DNA of 64,000 nucleotides from a virus: the IMG/VR virus record IMGVR_UViG_3300025014_000002. One strand, 5' to 3'. The translations under genes were made by a program, and so were the position numbers. The notes under the pieces were generated by a model. The model had not been told where the DNA came from and searched no databases. It was given only the letters and a program-made list of their open reading frames with translations. Below are positions 29,901-38,902 of this stretch, one piece after another (position 1 is the stretch's first letter; every line of letters starts with the position of its first letter).

Positions 29901-32900
29901 TTACTGAGCTGGCGCTGGAGCGCCGCCAGCACTGCCCATTGGTGATGTGGCTCCAGTGGCACCTGCACCACCGCCCATATCTGCTCCACCCATATCCTCA
30001 CCTTCTTCACTGCCCATGTCGTCAGGCATTGGCCCTAAGTTTTCTAAGTCAGAGGATATGCCTCCTGCTGACACGCCAACAGCCCGCAAGTTTGGATCAT
30101 CAGGTTTGGCATTTTCATCAGCATGCTCTTCAGACCACATTTGCTCGTTCTCTTGCATTTCCTCCTCAGTTAGACCAAGGTAGCGGGTAAGTAAGAACCG
30201 TTTTGCCAAGTAGGGTATCTGCTCAACTTGAGTAAATGTTGAAATTCTCGCTGCGTCAATCTCAACTTGACGATATTTTGTAAAGTTTTGCGGTTCGTTA
30301 AACTTTAAGTCAAAAACACTGTTATCAATGTTAAAGCCTCTAAACCTCAAAAAGATTTTAAACTCTTTGTCCAATACGCCAGATACAAAATTTTGCAGTC
30401 TCTTACAGTATTGGTTGAATCTCCATTCTTGAATCATTGCGATACCAACTTTTCCGTCGCTAAAGTTATTAGCTGCTTCATCATTTTGGGTTGGCAGATA
30501 GCTTGCTGGAATACGTAATCCGCGGAATAACTTGTTTGTGAAGAATCTCAGATCAGTTATTTCACCTAGATTTGAGTTCTTTGTAAAAATTCCTGATTCA
30601 AGTGCAAAAGTATGGTAATCATGATACTTTTCACCAGCATCAATAGTTAGTGTACCTACCTCAACCAGGTCAGGCAAATACTCAATTGATACAATTTTGT
30701 GATTGTACAACTCAGCTTCTTTTCTAAATTGCCGCCAATTTTTATACCCGTGCCGTGTCACACCAATACGAATCTGAGATTCGGTTATTCCAGTCTTATC
30801 CCAATTTGGAGATTTTGTATCTTTGTTAGCATCAAGATAATAGTTCAAAAATGATTGATCAGAATTAAGTCGGTTCACTATAGACTGTAGATTTTCTTGA
30901 TGTGAAGTTTTACCTAGCAGCATAGATTGAATTTTGTCTAAAACGACTTTATCAAAAATTACTTCTTGGTTCTTATAGTATTTTTCTCTGACTCCAGGAG
31001 TATTCATGAAGTTGGATGATTTAACACCTATTTTCTCATTTCTTTCAACATATTGCCTGGTTTTCTTAAAGTTTTCCCAACCTGTTTTTTGTGCAGTAGT
31101 AAATCTTAGATGAAACTCATTATCACACAGTTTTTTTTGTAAAGCAGCGGACCCCAATTTTGACTTCTTAGCATTCCGCTCACATAGCTCAAAATGTTTA
31201 TCATCTGTAATATTATCAAAATATCGTTGTATCCCATTCGTAATATTAATAATACGGGAATTACGCTCAGTATCTGTCAATGATTTCCAATTATTTGATA
31301 ATCTGTCTGAAATTTGTTTAGTATACTTTGCCCATAATATGGGATTTTTTTTCATCTCGTCAAATTTAGCTTTAGCTGCAACTGTTCCTAGCCGTTGAGA
31401 TTCTTTACTGAAACCCAAAGATTGATGATACATTTTATGATCATCCCATACCATGTGAACTAAATTTTCAGGTGAATTATTATGTCGTTTTAAATCAACA
31501 TGATGAATAACGTTTACGTGATCAGTTGCCCTACTTTCGTCATAAGTAAATTTGTCAATTATTCCGTGTTTGGATAACTCATTTGCAACTAGTCGATGAA
31601 CAAATTGCCACTGTTTAGTGTCTGGCTGGTATACTTGAGTATAGTTAAGTTTTTTATAGTTGCTAATATGCTCCTGTTTCGTGTTAAACGGAATCATACT
31701 CTCACCAAGTTGTAAATCTTTGGCTTCAACAAATCCCTTACCTATTACAGGGAATTTGTGGTCTGGGGTCGCAATTATCTCTTGGCCATTATCCAAAATT
31801 ATTTTCATTACTTGAGCAGATTTTTGAGTAACCCCCGCCCAACTTATAATGCCCGGAACAATATGCCCGTTGTCTGGATTACAACTATAAACCCAATTTG
31901 TTTTTCCAGATGCATATTCTTCAGTTAATTCACTCAGGGTCAGTGTCCTCCCGTCAAGTAGCGGAACTTTAGTATCCATTACTAAGCAACCCCCAGGCAG
32001 TGCTTCTACGCTTGAACCGCGTCCATCTGCGGTTTGGGGAAAGAAGAAGTCCTCATTCATTGAAATCGGATTGTATGTTGCATCCATCATATTACCGCCC
32101 GAGCCGTTAATAGACGGTATTCTACGTTGATGCACTTCGTTTTTCACTCTTTCAACAAATGCCATTGCTAAGTGAGATGGCATATTTCCAACGTCAATTT
32201 TGAAAATTCTACGTTCAGGTGCCCGTTGAATACGGTAAATAATAATCGCATCTTCAAGTAGTTCCTTTTGTTTAAACACTTTAAACACTGTTTCTAAGAC
32301 AGAAGTACCGAACGGCCACGCCATGTCTAGCCCTTCTGACAAGCTAATATGAACTACGTGCTCTGCGTTAATAACTGCTTCATTTTTTGCGCTAGTAAAT
32401 CTTGATCCGCCCTGCCCGCCTGCTGGTGTATACGCTCCAGCACTACCTCCAGTACCACCCATTTGCGGGTGATTTTCATATGAATCGGACGTAGTGACTG
32501 CTGTAACTGTCAAATTTTGAAGATTAGGATTAAGATCTTTAATGACGTATTGCTCAGGTTTTTTGCCGTCAGACTCATTTACAATAACTTTTGTTACCTT
32601 TGACATTTCAGACCATAGTAGTTTAAACGTCTCTGGATCGCGAATAAACACTTGATCACCGTATTTCAGTGTGTTCCTAAACAGTTTGAAAATTCTCTTG
32701 TCAAATTCGTTCAGCTTGCACCATTGCTGCAACTGCTCTTTAACAATCTTTATTTCGTTATCAGTTGGGGTTTCTTTAAAATCAATATCAAACGCCGTGC
32801 CGTTTTCTATGTTTGTTTGAGTAGAAAATTCTGCCAAAATATCAAGCGCAGCATTGATTTCGCTGTCAGCATCCATTTGCTCATACTGATTGTATCGTTC

Positions 32901-33050
32901 AATACGGTTTGGGTGGCCAACATAAACCTCAGGTAGCGAGCTTTGGTAGTTTTTCACGCCAAAACTATTCATAGAATCATTGTTGCCGCCACTGATTGGG
33001 CTAACATTGTTAAGGTTAGCTATTTTAAAATGCTTTTGCCATGTTGCCAT
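29901..33050 (-). CDS. gp20: Portal vertex protein (gp20-like) interrupted by an intein
   Basis: LEDAIIIYRIQRAPERRIFKIDVGNMP, EDFFFPQTADGRGSSVEALPGG and NLGEITDLRFF portal motifs; about 578 aa after splicing. Confidence 0.92.
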   Translation of the reverse strand: MATWQKHFKIANLNNVSPISGGNNDSMNSFGVKNYQSSLPEVYVGHPNRIERYNQYEQMDADSEINAALDILAEFSTQTNIENGTAFDIDFKETPTDNEIKIVKEQLQQWCKLNEFDKRIFKLFRNTLKYGDQVFIRDPETFKLLWSEMSKVTKVIVNESDGKKPEQYVIKDLNPNLQNLTVTAVTTSDSYENHPQMGGTGGSAGAYTPAGGQGGSRFTSAKNEAVINAEHVVHISLSEGLDMAWPFGTSVLETVFKVFKQKELLEDAIIIYRIQRAPERRIFKIDVGNMPSHLAMAFVERVKNEVHQRRIPSINGSGGNMMDATYNPISMNEDFFFPQTADGRGSSVEALPGGCLVMDTKVPLLDGRTLTLSELTEEYASGKTNWVYSCNPDNGHIVPGIISWAGVTQKSAQVMKIILDNGQEIIATPDHKFPVIGKGFVEAKDLQLGESMIPFNTKQEHISNYKKLNYTQVYQPDTKQWQFVHRLVANELSKHGIIDKFTYDESRATDHVNVIHHVDLKRHNNSPENLVHMVWDDHKMYHQSLGFSKESQRLGTVAAKAKFDEMKKNPILWAKYTKQISDRLSNNWKSLTDTERNSRIINITNGIQRYFDNITDDKHFELCERNAKKSKLGSAALQKKLCDNEFHLRFTTAQKTGWENFKKTRQYVERNEKIGVKSSNFMNTPGVREKYYKNQEVIFDKVVLDKIQSMLLGKTSHQENLQSIVNRLNSDQSFLNYYLDANKDTKSPNWDKTGITESQIRIGVTRHGYKNWRQFRKEAELYNHKIVSIEYLPDLVEVGTLTIDAGEKYHDYHTFALESGIFTKNSNLGEITDLRFFTNKLFRGLRIPASYLPTQNDEAANNFSDGKVGIAMIQEWRFNQYCKRLQNFVSGVLDKEFKIFLRFRGFNIDNSVFDLKFNEPQNFTKYRQVEIDAARISTFTQVEQIPYLAKRFLLTRYLGLTEEEMQENEQMWSEEHADENAKPDDPNLRAVGVSAGGISSDLENLGPMPDDMGSEEGEDMGGADMGGGAGATGATSPMGSAGGAPAPAQ
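30576..31988 (-). mobile_element. Intein (471 aa) with internal HNH endonuclease domain
   Basis: N-junction PGG|CLVMDTKVPLLDG; block B TPDHKF; C-junction HTFALESGIFTKN|S; internal VHRLVA...IHHVDLKRHNNSPENL. Confidence 0.9.
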
Positions 33051-33071
33051 GAAGTTTAGTCCTCGATATGT

Positions 33072-33078
33072 TATTTAG
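33072..33078 (-). promoter_or_regulatory. Late promoter motif CTAAATA for the portal gene
   Basis: TAAATA 21 nt upstream of ATG at 33050, with GAGG RBS between. Confidence 0.6.
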
Positions 33079-33079
33079 C

Positions 33080-36000
33080 CTAAACCGTTGCTCTGTAAAT
33101 TCTACTTGAAATATGTTTGTGATCAGATGATGTATCTACCAAATCTTGCATCAGGCCTGTGGTTTGCTCTACCATCTTATTTTGTTCGGTCAATAATGTA
33201 GTTACTTTTGCCAGCGCAGTTACCATTGCCCGTTGTGAACTTTCTGTATTACCTTCTGCTTTAGTATCTTCAAAATATTTTGATAGCATTTCAACTATTG
33301 GTTTAAATGCCGTTAACACTGATGCATCATTTAATGAAACTTGCACATTATCTAATGCAGTTTTATTAATAGTTGACATTGCTGCTTTAGTTGAGATATC
33401 TGCTTCTTGAGCCATTTTAGTTTTGACATTACTGTCATCTAGTGTAGGACTATTTTGATTTACTATTCTAGCACTACTATTAAGTGGAGCCATTGCCCCA
33501 ATGTCCTTTGACAAATTTACTGTTGATGCATCACTAGCCAAATTGGATTCTGGTTTATTTTTTTCAATAGCAGCAATGACCGGAGCAAATGACGAGGAAT
33601 CAATTGCAGTAAACGCAGTATAAGTATCATTATCATGAAATAACTTAGACTTTTCTATTGCTGATAGTAAGTTGTTATTACTTTGGGCTGGGTCAATAGG
33701 TTTATTTTTGTCTATCGCAGCAACAATATTGGCTGTCGATTGAGCTGGGTCAATAGGTTTATTTTTGTCTATCGCAGCAACAATATTGGCTGTCGATTGA
33801 GCTGGGTCAATAGGTTTATTTTTGTCTATCGCAGCAACAATATTGGCTGTCGATTGAGCTGGATCAATAGGTTTATTTTTGTCTATTGCAGCGACGATAT
33901 TAGCTGTCGATTGGGCTGGGTCAATAGGTTTATTTTTGTCTATTGCAGCAACAATATTAGCTGTCGATTGGGCTGGGTCAATAGGTTTATTTTTGTCTAT
34001 TGCAGCGACGATATTAGCTGTTGATTTATCAGATTCTTTATTTGTTGGTGTTTTGGTATCTTGTTTTTGCTCGGCGTTACTTAGTGGGTCTGTGTGAGAC
34101 AAATTGTATGCGAATATGCCAAGGCTATCTACATCAAATGCTTTTTGTAACGCTGAATTAAGAGCGTCATTTAAAAAGTTTGCCCCGTCTCCGCCGTCCC
34201 ATACGCTATTTGCAGCTTGCAAACCAGCGGCGGCTGCGGTGGCTGATACTGCTGCTAGTGCTACTGTTCCTGCTGACGCTCCGGCGATTGCAGTTCCTGC
34301 AGTAGACATTGCGCCGCTAAGGGTAGTAGCAGCACTTGATGCAGCACCAACTATTGTGGAACCTGCTGCTGTTAGTGCTGCTCCAGCTGAGCTAGCTGCT
34401 CCTGCTATTGTCACGGAAGCTGAAGTTAGCGTTCCGCCTAAGGTGCCAAACACTCCGGTCACTGATGCGGTTCTTGTTCCGAGTAAAAGTGATGCAGCTT
34501 TGAACTCTAATAGCCCAGTAACTAGGCTACCTATACCCGTTGCTACACTAGACAGTACCATAGATGTTTTATCTACTGGTTTTAAATCTGCTAGCATTCC
34601 TGCATTTTCTAGCGCCGATTTCATTTTAGCAGTGTACTCTTCAAGATTGGCAAATAAATCGCCCTCTAGTTTTGCTCTAGCTTGCTCACCTTTAATCTGT
34701 ATATCATTTAAATCTTGAGTAGTCTTAGAAAGAGTCTGCATCGACTTAACTACTTCTTGCTGCGCTGCAACTGCCGCCTCAGAAGATGTTGCTCCTTTAA
34801 GAGATTCTTTTTGCACATTGCTATACAACTCACTTGCAGCCCCAGCAGCCCCAGTATTTGTTCCCAGCATTTGAGCAAGGCCTAGACTGGACATATTTGT
34901 CACCGCAGTATCACTGTTAAGTTCTCCCCCAAGTTTACCACTTAATCTAGCTGCTTCAGTGTTTGACCCTGCGTAATCTTTGTTATGTGTATTTGCAACT
35001 AGATCTTTAACTGACTGCTCAGATCCAGTTTGATTCATTACAATGGCAGAGCTTATATCTGTTACAATGCCGCCGCGCCCATTCATATCGCTAGTTGCAA
35101 ACTGTTGAAGAAACGCTTTTTCTAATCCCTTTGACGCAGCAATAGCATAATCTCGCTGAAATTTTTCGCGAGCTTTTACATCGCCGTCACGGGTCATCTT
35201 GCGTATTTTATTTTCAACCGCAGCATTAGTGGCAGCATCCCTTGCTTGCTGCATTTTTGCTTTAGCATCCTGCCCAGTAATAGCCGATATTGTCCTTAAA
35301 TTTTCCGCATAGTCACGAGTACTACTAGCTATGTCAGATTGAGATACAGTGGACATATCGCGACCAGAGCGACGCATTTGTTCCATTGTCTTAGCTACTA
35401 CTTCCCCTTGCTCTTCAATACTAAATCCTAAATTTAGCAAACTTGATTTTAGCTGATTTCCCTCAGCACCAGCAAAAGTTTTAGCAAGTTTTCTAAACCC
35501 GGCTTGCATCCCTATACCAGCACCAGATATAGTTTCAGCGTTAGTTTTTTGTATTTTGGATAGAGTGTCCATTGACACCCCAGTCTCAGCAACAATTCCT
35601 TTTAGTTCATCCATGCCGGCGGCAAAGTTTGCACCAGTTGATGAAATAGCCATAAAGCTAGACATTACCTTAGTGGCTTGAACATTCATTATGTCCAATC
35701 TTGCTTTTTCATATGCTACAGTAGCATCAGCTACATTTTGGAATACTGAGGTAAGAGCCGAAATACCGGTCGCAAGTAATCCAACTTTACCAGGCATTTT
35801 AGAAAATGCGTCTGCAGTTGTTTTAACTCCACTCGATAATGCGTTAAATGACTGTTGACCAGCAGTTATCTCTGCGTTTAAAATTGAGTTAGCTACGGCA
35901 ATACCGTCGCCGCCAGATTGAACAGCTTTTAAAATTGATGTTGACGCTGTAAACGTTGCTACAACTAGTGATTTCATCGTCTGATTAATAGACGACACCA

Positions 36001-36403
36001 TTACTTTATTTGCAGCAAGTCTAGTATTAACGGCTTCAGCTTCGTCTAGGTCACGCTGAATTTCTTTTTTTGTTGTTTCGTCAAGAGCTTCGGAAAGATT
36101 GCCCAAACTTGTCTTAAATACAGCAGCCTTTTTGTTAAATTCCTCTAAGGTGATTGCGCCGGCTTTATAATCAGCAGTAAGTGCAGCTAGCTCTTCAGAT
36201 AACTTTTTCGCTATCTCGGCTTCAGATTTCCCTGCTTTTCGCAGGTTATCAATATCCTTAGCTGCTTTGCGTGTGGCATTAACAAAACTGGTGCCAGCAC
36301 TAGTGATATTTTTCGCCGTATCACTAGCAACACCCATAGCTTCCATTTTAAGTGTCAGTGCTTCGATGGCTGCGGTTAACGCTGCAATTTTTTCTTCATC
36401 CAT
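33080..36403 (-). CDS. Tape-measure-like protein (1107 aa)
   Basis: Long A/S/T/G-rich helical protein with hydrophobic G/A stretches; adjacent to a chaperone-like gene pair; no diagnostic motif. Confidence 0.55.
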   Translation of the reverse strand: MDEEKIAALTAAIEALTLKMEAMGVASDTAKNITSAGTSFVNATRKAAKDIDNLRKAGKSEAEIAKKLSEELAALTADYKAGAITLEEFNKKAAVFKTSLGNLSEALDETTKKEIQRDLDEAEAVNTRLAANKVMVSSINQTMKSLVVATFTASTSILKAVQSGGDGIAVANSILNAEITAGQQSFNALSSGVKTTADAFSKMPGKVGLLATGISALTSVFQNVADATVAYEKARLDIMNVQATKVMSSFMAISSTGANFAAGMDELKGIVAETGVSMDTLSKIQKTNAETISGAGIGMQAGFRKLAKTFAGAEGNQLKSSLLNLGFSIEEQGEVVAKTMEQMRRSGRDMSTVSQSDIASSTRDYAENLRTISAITGQDAKAKMQQARDAATNAAVENKIRKMTRDGDVKAREKFQRDYAIAASKGLEKAFLQQFATSDMNGRGGIVTDISSAIVMNQTGSEQSVKDLVANTHNKDYAGSNTEAARLSGKLGGELNSDTAVTNMSSLGLAQMLGTNTGAAGAASELYSNVQKESLKGATSSEAAVAAQQEVVKSMQTLSKTTQDLNDIQIKGEQARAKLEGDLFANLEEYTAKMKSALENAGMLADLKPVDKTSMVLSSVATGIGSLVTGLLEFKAASLLLGTRTASVTGVFGTLGGTLTSASVTIAGAASSAGAALTAAGSTIVGAASSAATTLSGAMSTAGTAIAGASAGTVALAAVSATAAAAGLQAANSVWDGGDGANFLNDALNSALQKAFDVDSLGIFAYNLSHTDPLSNAEQKQDTKTPTNKESDKSTANIVAAIDKNKPIDPAQSTANIVAAIDKNKPIDPAQSTANIVAAIDKNKPIDPAQSTANIVAAIDKNKPIDPAQSTANIVAAIDKNKPIDPAQSTANIVAAIDKNKPIDPAQSNNNLLSAIEKSKLFHDNDTYTAFTAIDSSSFAPVIAAIEKNKPESNLASDASTVNLSKDIGAMAPLNSSARIVNQNSPTLDDSNVKTKMAQEADISTKAAMSTINKTALDNVQVSLNDASVLTAFKPIVEMLSKYFEDTKAEGNTESSQRAMVTALAKVTTLLTEQNKMVEQTTGLMQDLVDTSSDHKHISSRIYRATV
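33684..34025. repeat. 57 bp tandem repeat x6 (STANIVAAIDKNKPIDPAQ)
   Basis: Six in-frame units, identical in amino acids, with only synonymous differences. Confidence 0.95.
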
Positions 36404-36416
36404 ATATTTTTACTCA

Positions 36417-36444
36417 CTAAATATGACTATACCATATATTTATA
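36417..36444. promoter_or_regulatory. Overlapping divergent late promoters (CTAAATA on +, TATAAATA on -)
   Basis: CTAAATA at 36417-36423 faces the 36454 gene; TATAAATA (reverse strand, 36437-36444) faces the 36403 gene. Confidence 0.55.
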
Positions 36445-36453
36445 GGCGAAAAA

Positions 36454-37290
36454 ATGACTGAAAATCAAAATCCTCTTGCGAAACACTTTAGACAACCCGT
36501 TATTCACTTTAAGTTGCCAAGCAACGGTGCTTTTTGGCCAGAAGGTGCGTTAGACTTACCAGTAACTGGAGAGTTGCCCGTGTATTCAATGACAACTAGA
36601 GATGAAGTTATTATACGCACCCCCGATGCGCTGTTAAATGGTAGTGGAGTAACTTCAGTTATTCAATCTTGCATCCCAGAAATCAAAGATGCATGGAAAA
36701 TGCCCAGTGTTGACGTTGATTCTGTGCTTATTGCTATCAGAATCGCAAGTTACTCCAATACCATGGATATTGAAACTACATGCCCACATTGTAAAGGTGA
36801 AAATACTTACGGAATTGACTTGCATAATGTGTTGGCAAATATTACTGTTCCTGATTTCAATAAATCCTTTACTATTGACGGGTTAACTTTCAAGTTTAAG
36901 CCGCGTCAATATTTTCAAATGAATAAAGCAAATTTAGTTGCTTTTGAAGAGCAAAAGTTAATTAACACTATTCAAAATACAGAGTTGGCAGATTCTGAGC
37001 GAACTTCATTGTTTTCGCAACATTTGAACACGATTGTTGATCTTTCGAACCAAATGTATGTTGACTCTACAGAATATATCTTAACCCAAGACAATGTTAA
37101 AGTAGATAACCCAGTGTTTATTAACGAGTTTTACAAGAACAGTGGCAAGAATGTTACTAACCAAGTGAAAAAAATACTTGAAGATTTTGCTGAAACTGCG
37201 AAGATTAAACCTGTGAAGGTTGTATGCAGTGAGTGTGAGAAAGATTTTTCAGTTAATCTTACCTTCGATCATTCCCATTTTTTCGCCTAA
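36454..37290 (+). CDS. Baseplate hub/tail assembly chaperone (T4 gp26-like)
   Basis: IHFKLPSNG, ELPVYSMTTRDE, DVDSVLIAIRIASY, CPHC and CSEC motifs; ends in a T TTT TTC slippery site. Confidence 0.65.
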   Translation: MTENQNPLAKHFRQPVIHFKLPSNGAFWPEGALDLPVTGELPVYSMTTRDEVIIRTPDALLNGSGVTSVIQSCIPEIKDAWKMPSVDVDSVLIAIRIASYSNTMDIETTCPHCKGENTYGIDLHNVLANITVPDFNKSFTIDGLTFKFKPRQYFQMNKANLVAFEEQKLINTIQNTELADSERTSLFSQHLNTIVDLSNQMYVDSTEYILTQDNVKVDNPVFINEFYKNSGKNVTNQVKKILEDFAETAKIKPVKVVCSECEKDFSVNLTFDHSHFFA

Positions 37291-37295
37291 GGCTT

Positions 37296-37514
37296 TTGTC
37301 CATGCCTGCTGATAGAATTGCCAGTTATATCAGCAAAATGGAGAAAGAGGCAAAAGCCTTAAAGAGCGAGGCAATGAAGTTAAGCTGGTTTATGCGCGGG
37401 GGCCTTAGCTACGATGATGCAATGCTTCTCTCAGTCTCTGAGAGAGAAAATCTCAATAAACTCATCAACGAAAATTTAGAAACTACAAAACGGTCAGGTC
37501 TTCCGTTTTTCTAA
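37296..37514 (+). CDS. Small downstream chaperone ORF, possibly the -1 frameshift extension of 36454-37290
   Basis: In the -1 frame and open through the slippery heptamer at 37278-37284. Confidence 0.6.
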   Translation: MSMPADRIASYISKMEKEAKALKSEAMKLSWFMRGGLSYDDAMLLSVSERENLNKLINENLETTKRSGLPFF

Positions 37515-37526
37515 AATCCTGCAGTA

Positions 37527-37766
37527 TTATTTACTGTGGGGGTTTCCAACAGTTGTTATCCATGCTGAAAATGGAAACATGTTATCGTTGAATTTTTTTA
37601 ATACGTACCAGATACGATTCTCGCTATCCCACCTAGCACCCAACGCTTTGACCTTTTTTATATCCCTTCCGGGGACATTGAGATTTACTCGGTAGGCTTT
37701 GCGGTTGATTTCTTTTACATCATCTTCGAAAGAAAATAGGTTATTACTCATCTCGTATTTAGCCAT
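37527..37766 (-). CDS. DUF5710-like small protein
   Basis: LNVPGRDIKKVKALGARWDSENRIWYV fits the LNVP..K..AKALGARWD...WYV pattern. Confidence 0.6.
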   Translation of the reverse strand: MAKYEMSNNLFSFEDDVKEINRKAYRVNLNVPGRDIKKVKALGARWDSENRIWYVLKKFNDNMFPFSAWITTVGNPHSK

Positions 37767-37792
37767 TTGTCTAACGGTGGGATATTTTTAAT

Positions 37793-37846
37793 GGTGATGC
37801 TTAACGCATCACCTGACTTTCGCTATCGCGTCGCGATAGCTCAGTC
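37793..37846. repeat. Two adjacent perfect 8 bp hairpins
   Basis: GGTGATGC-TTAAC-GCATCACC (37793-37813) and GCTATCGC-GTC-GCGATAGC (37822-37840). Confidence 0.8.
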
Positions 37847-37904
37847 CTTTTTAGTTTTTGGATTTAGGATGATTTAAATTGAATAATGTTATATAAACAC
37901 GTTA

Positions 37905-38640
37905 TCGCTATCATTTACATAACCGACACCTGAGCGGTTTTTGCGAGCTACTGAAAGTAGCGACCAGTATTGCCAATTACCAAGAGCCAGCACGGCAAAT
38001 GTGAGTCAAAGAAAATCAAATCAAATCATGATTTGAGCCTTCTTGACTCTACGCTTTGCAATTTACCTGTCGCCCTTGCACCTATATCTTCGTTTTAATG
38101 GAGGGGATTGACTATGTCACTCTCAACCAGAAAAATATATTACTCACCCGAAATATTATTTTTCCTGGCACGAAGCGCGTTCGTTAGTGGTACGAGTAAA
38201 GGAGTAAACCGTTACTTTACGCACCAAGCATGATCAAATATATTAGGAAAATGATCTGCCGCTAACCCAGTGGGATATACCGTCTATTATGAACCACCGG
38301 CCGCTTTGGTAAAACCTGTTAAACTATTACTAAAACATCGCTCCAACGTGTGACCAGTTTTTCAGGCACTCAACGCCACCTTGGGGATGATATTTTTTAT
38401 GGTTCCTTTGCTTCTTACACAAAGGTAGGACTGCTCATCGCAGTGTAATAGCTCGCGTAGAGTTCGCTTACAGCAGTGGGCCACACCACCAATGAGGGCC
38501 TTGCCACACAGATACAGGTCAGACTCTGTGCAAATCCATTTCTCTACTAATACTTAAACAGGTGTACTAGCCCGCTGTGTGCATGTGCCTTTGTGGCTGG
38601 GCTTTTTTCAAAAATAATAAGAGATGGTCTCTGATAGCGA
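37905..38640 (-). ncRNA. Candidate large structured non-coding RNA (about 740 nt), class unknown
   Basis: No ORF of 60 aa or more in any frame; 9 bp end-to-end pairing TCGCTATCA/TGATAGCGA; more than ten local helices; late promoter upstream. Confidence 0.55.
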
Positions 38641-38650
38641 AATATATACA

Positions 38651-38802
38651 ATAATTATGTCGTTTTATAAAAATCTATAAAACTGACTAGACGTTTCAAC
38701 GAATCTACCTTTGGTATTTCTACCTTAGGATTTACTGACTCTCTACGTCTGTAATCGGATAATTCTTCCGATGTAAGTGAGTAAAGATCATTTAGACCTT
38801 TA
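38651..38802 (-). ncRNA. Orphan omega-RNA (reRNA) scaffold; predicted guide 38631-38650
   Basis: 90% identical to the 3' end of the tnpB element; compensatory A:U/C:G pair in the ATCGG hairpin; terminal GTTTTATA/TATAAAAC hairpin retained. Confidence 0.7.
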
Positions 38803-38902
38803 CTCAAAACTCATTTTGTGAAATTTAATTTTACCTCCAGTTCCACAAAGTCATTCTAGTTATTTTAAGATCACCATATAAATTATATTAAAGTTATATG
38901 AC
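38651..38902 (-). mobile_element. Non-autonomous TnpB-family mini-element (left end plus omega-RNA scaffold, no ORF)
   Basis: 38651-38802 matches 52378-52529 at 137/152; 38863-38909 matches 51216-51262 at 40/47. Confidence 0.85.

Noticed and set aside
33684-34025. Regular 57 bp repeats as a possible CRISPR array
   Set aside because: The units are contiguous with no unique spacers, in frame within a CDS, and vary only at silent sites
38082-38634. Group I intron-like words TCAGAGACCA (38625-38634) and AAGATATAG (38082-38090) in the ncRNA candidate
   Set aside because: They cannot form the P7 pairing with each other, the R-like word is at the extreme 5' end with no room for P1-P6, and no interrupted gene is evident
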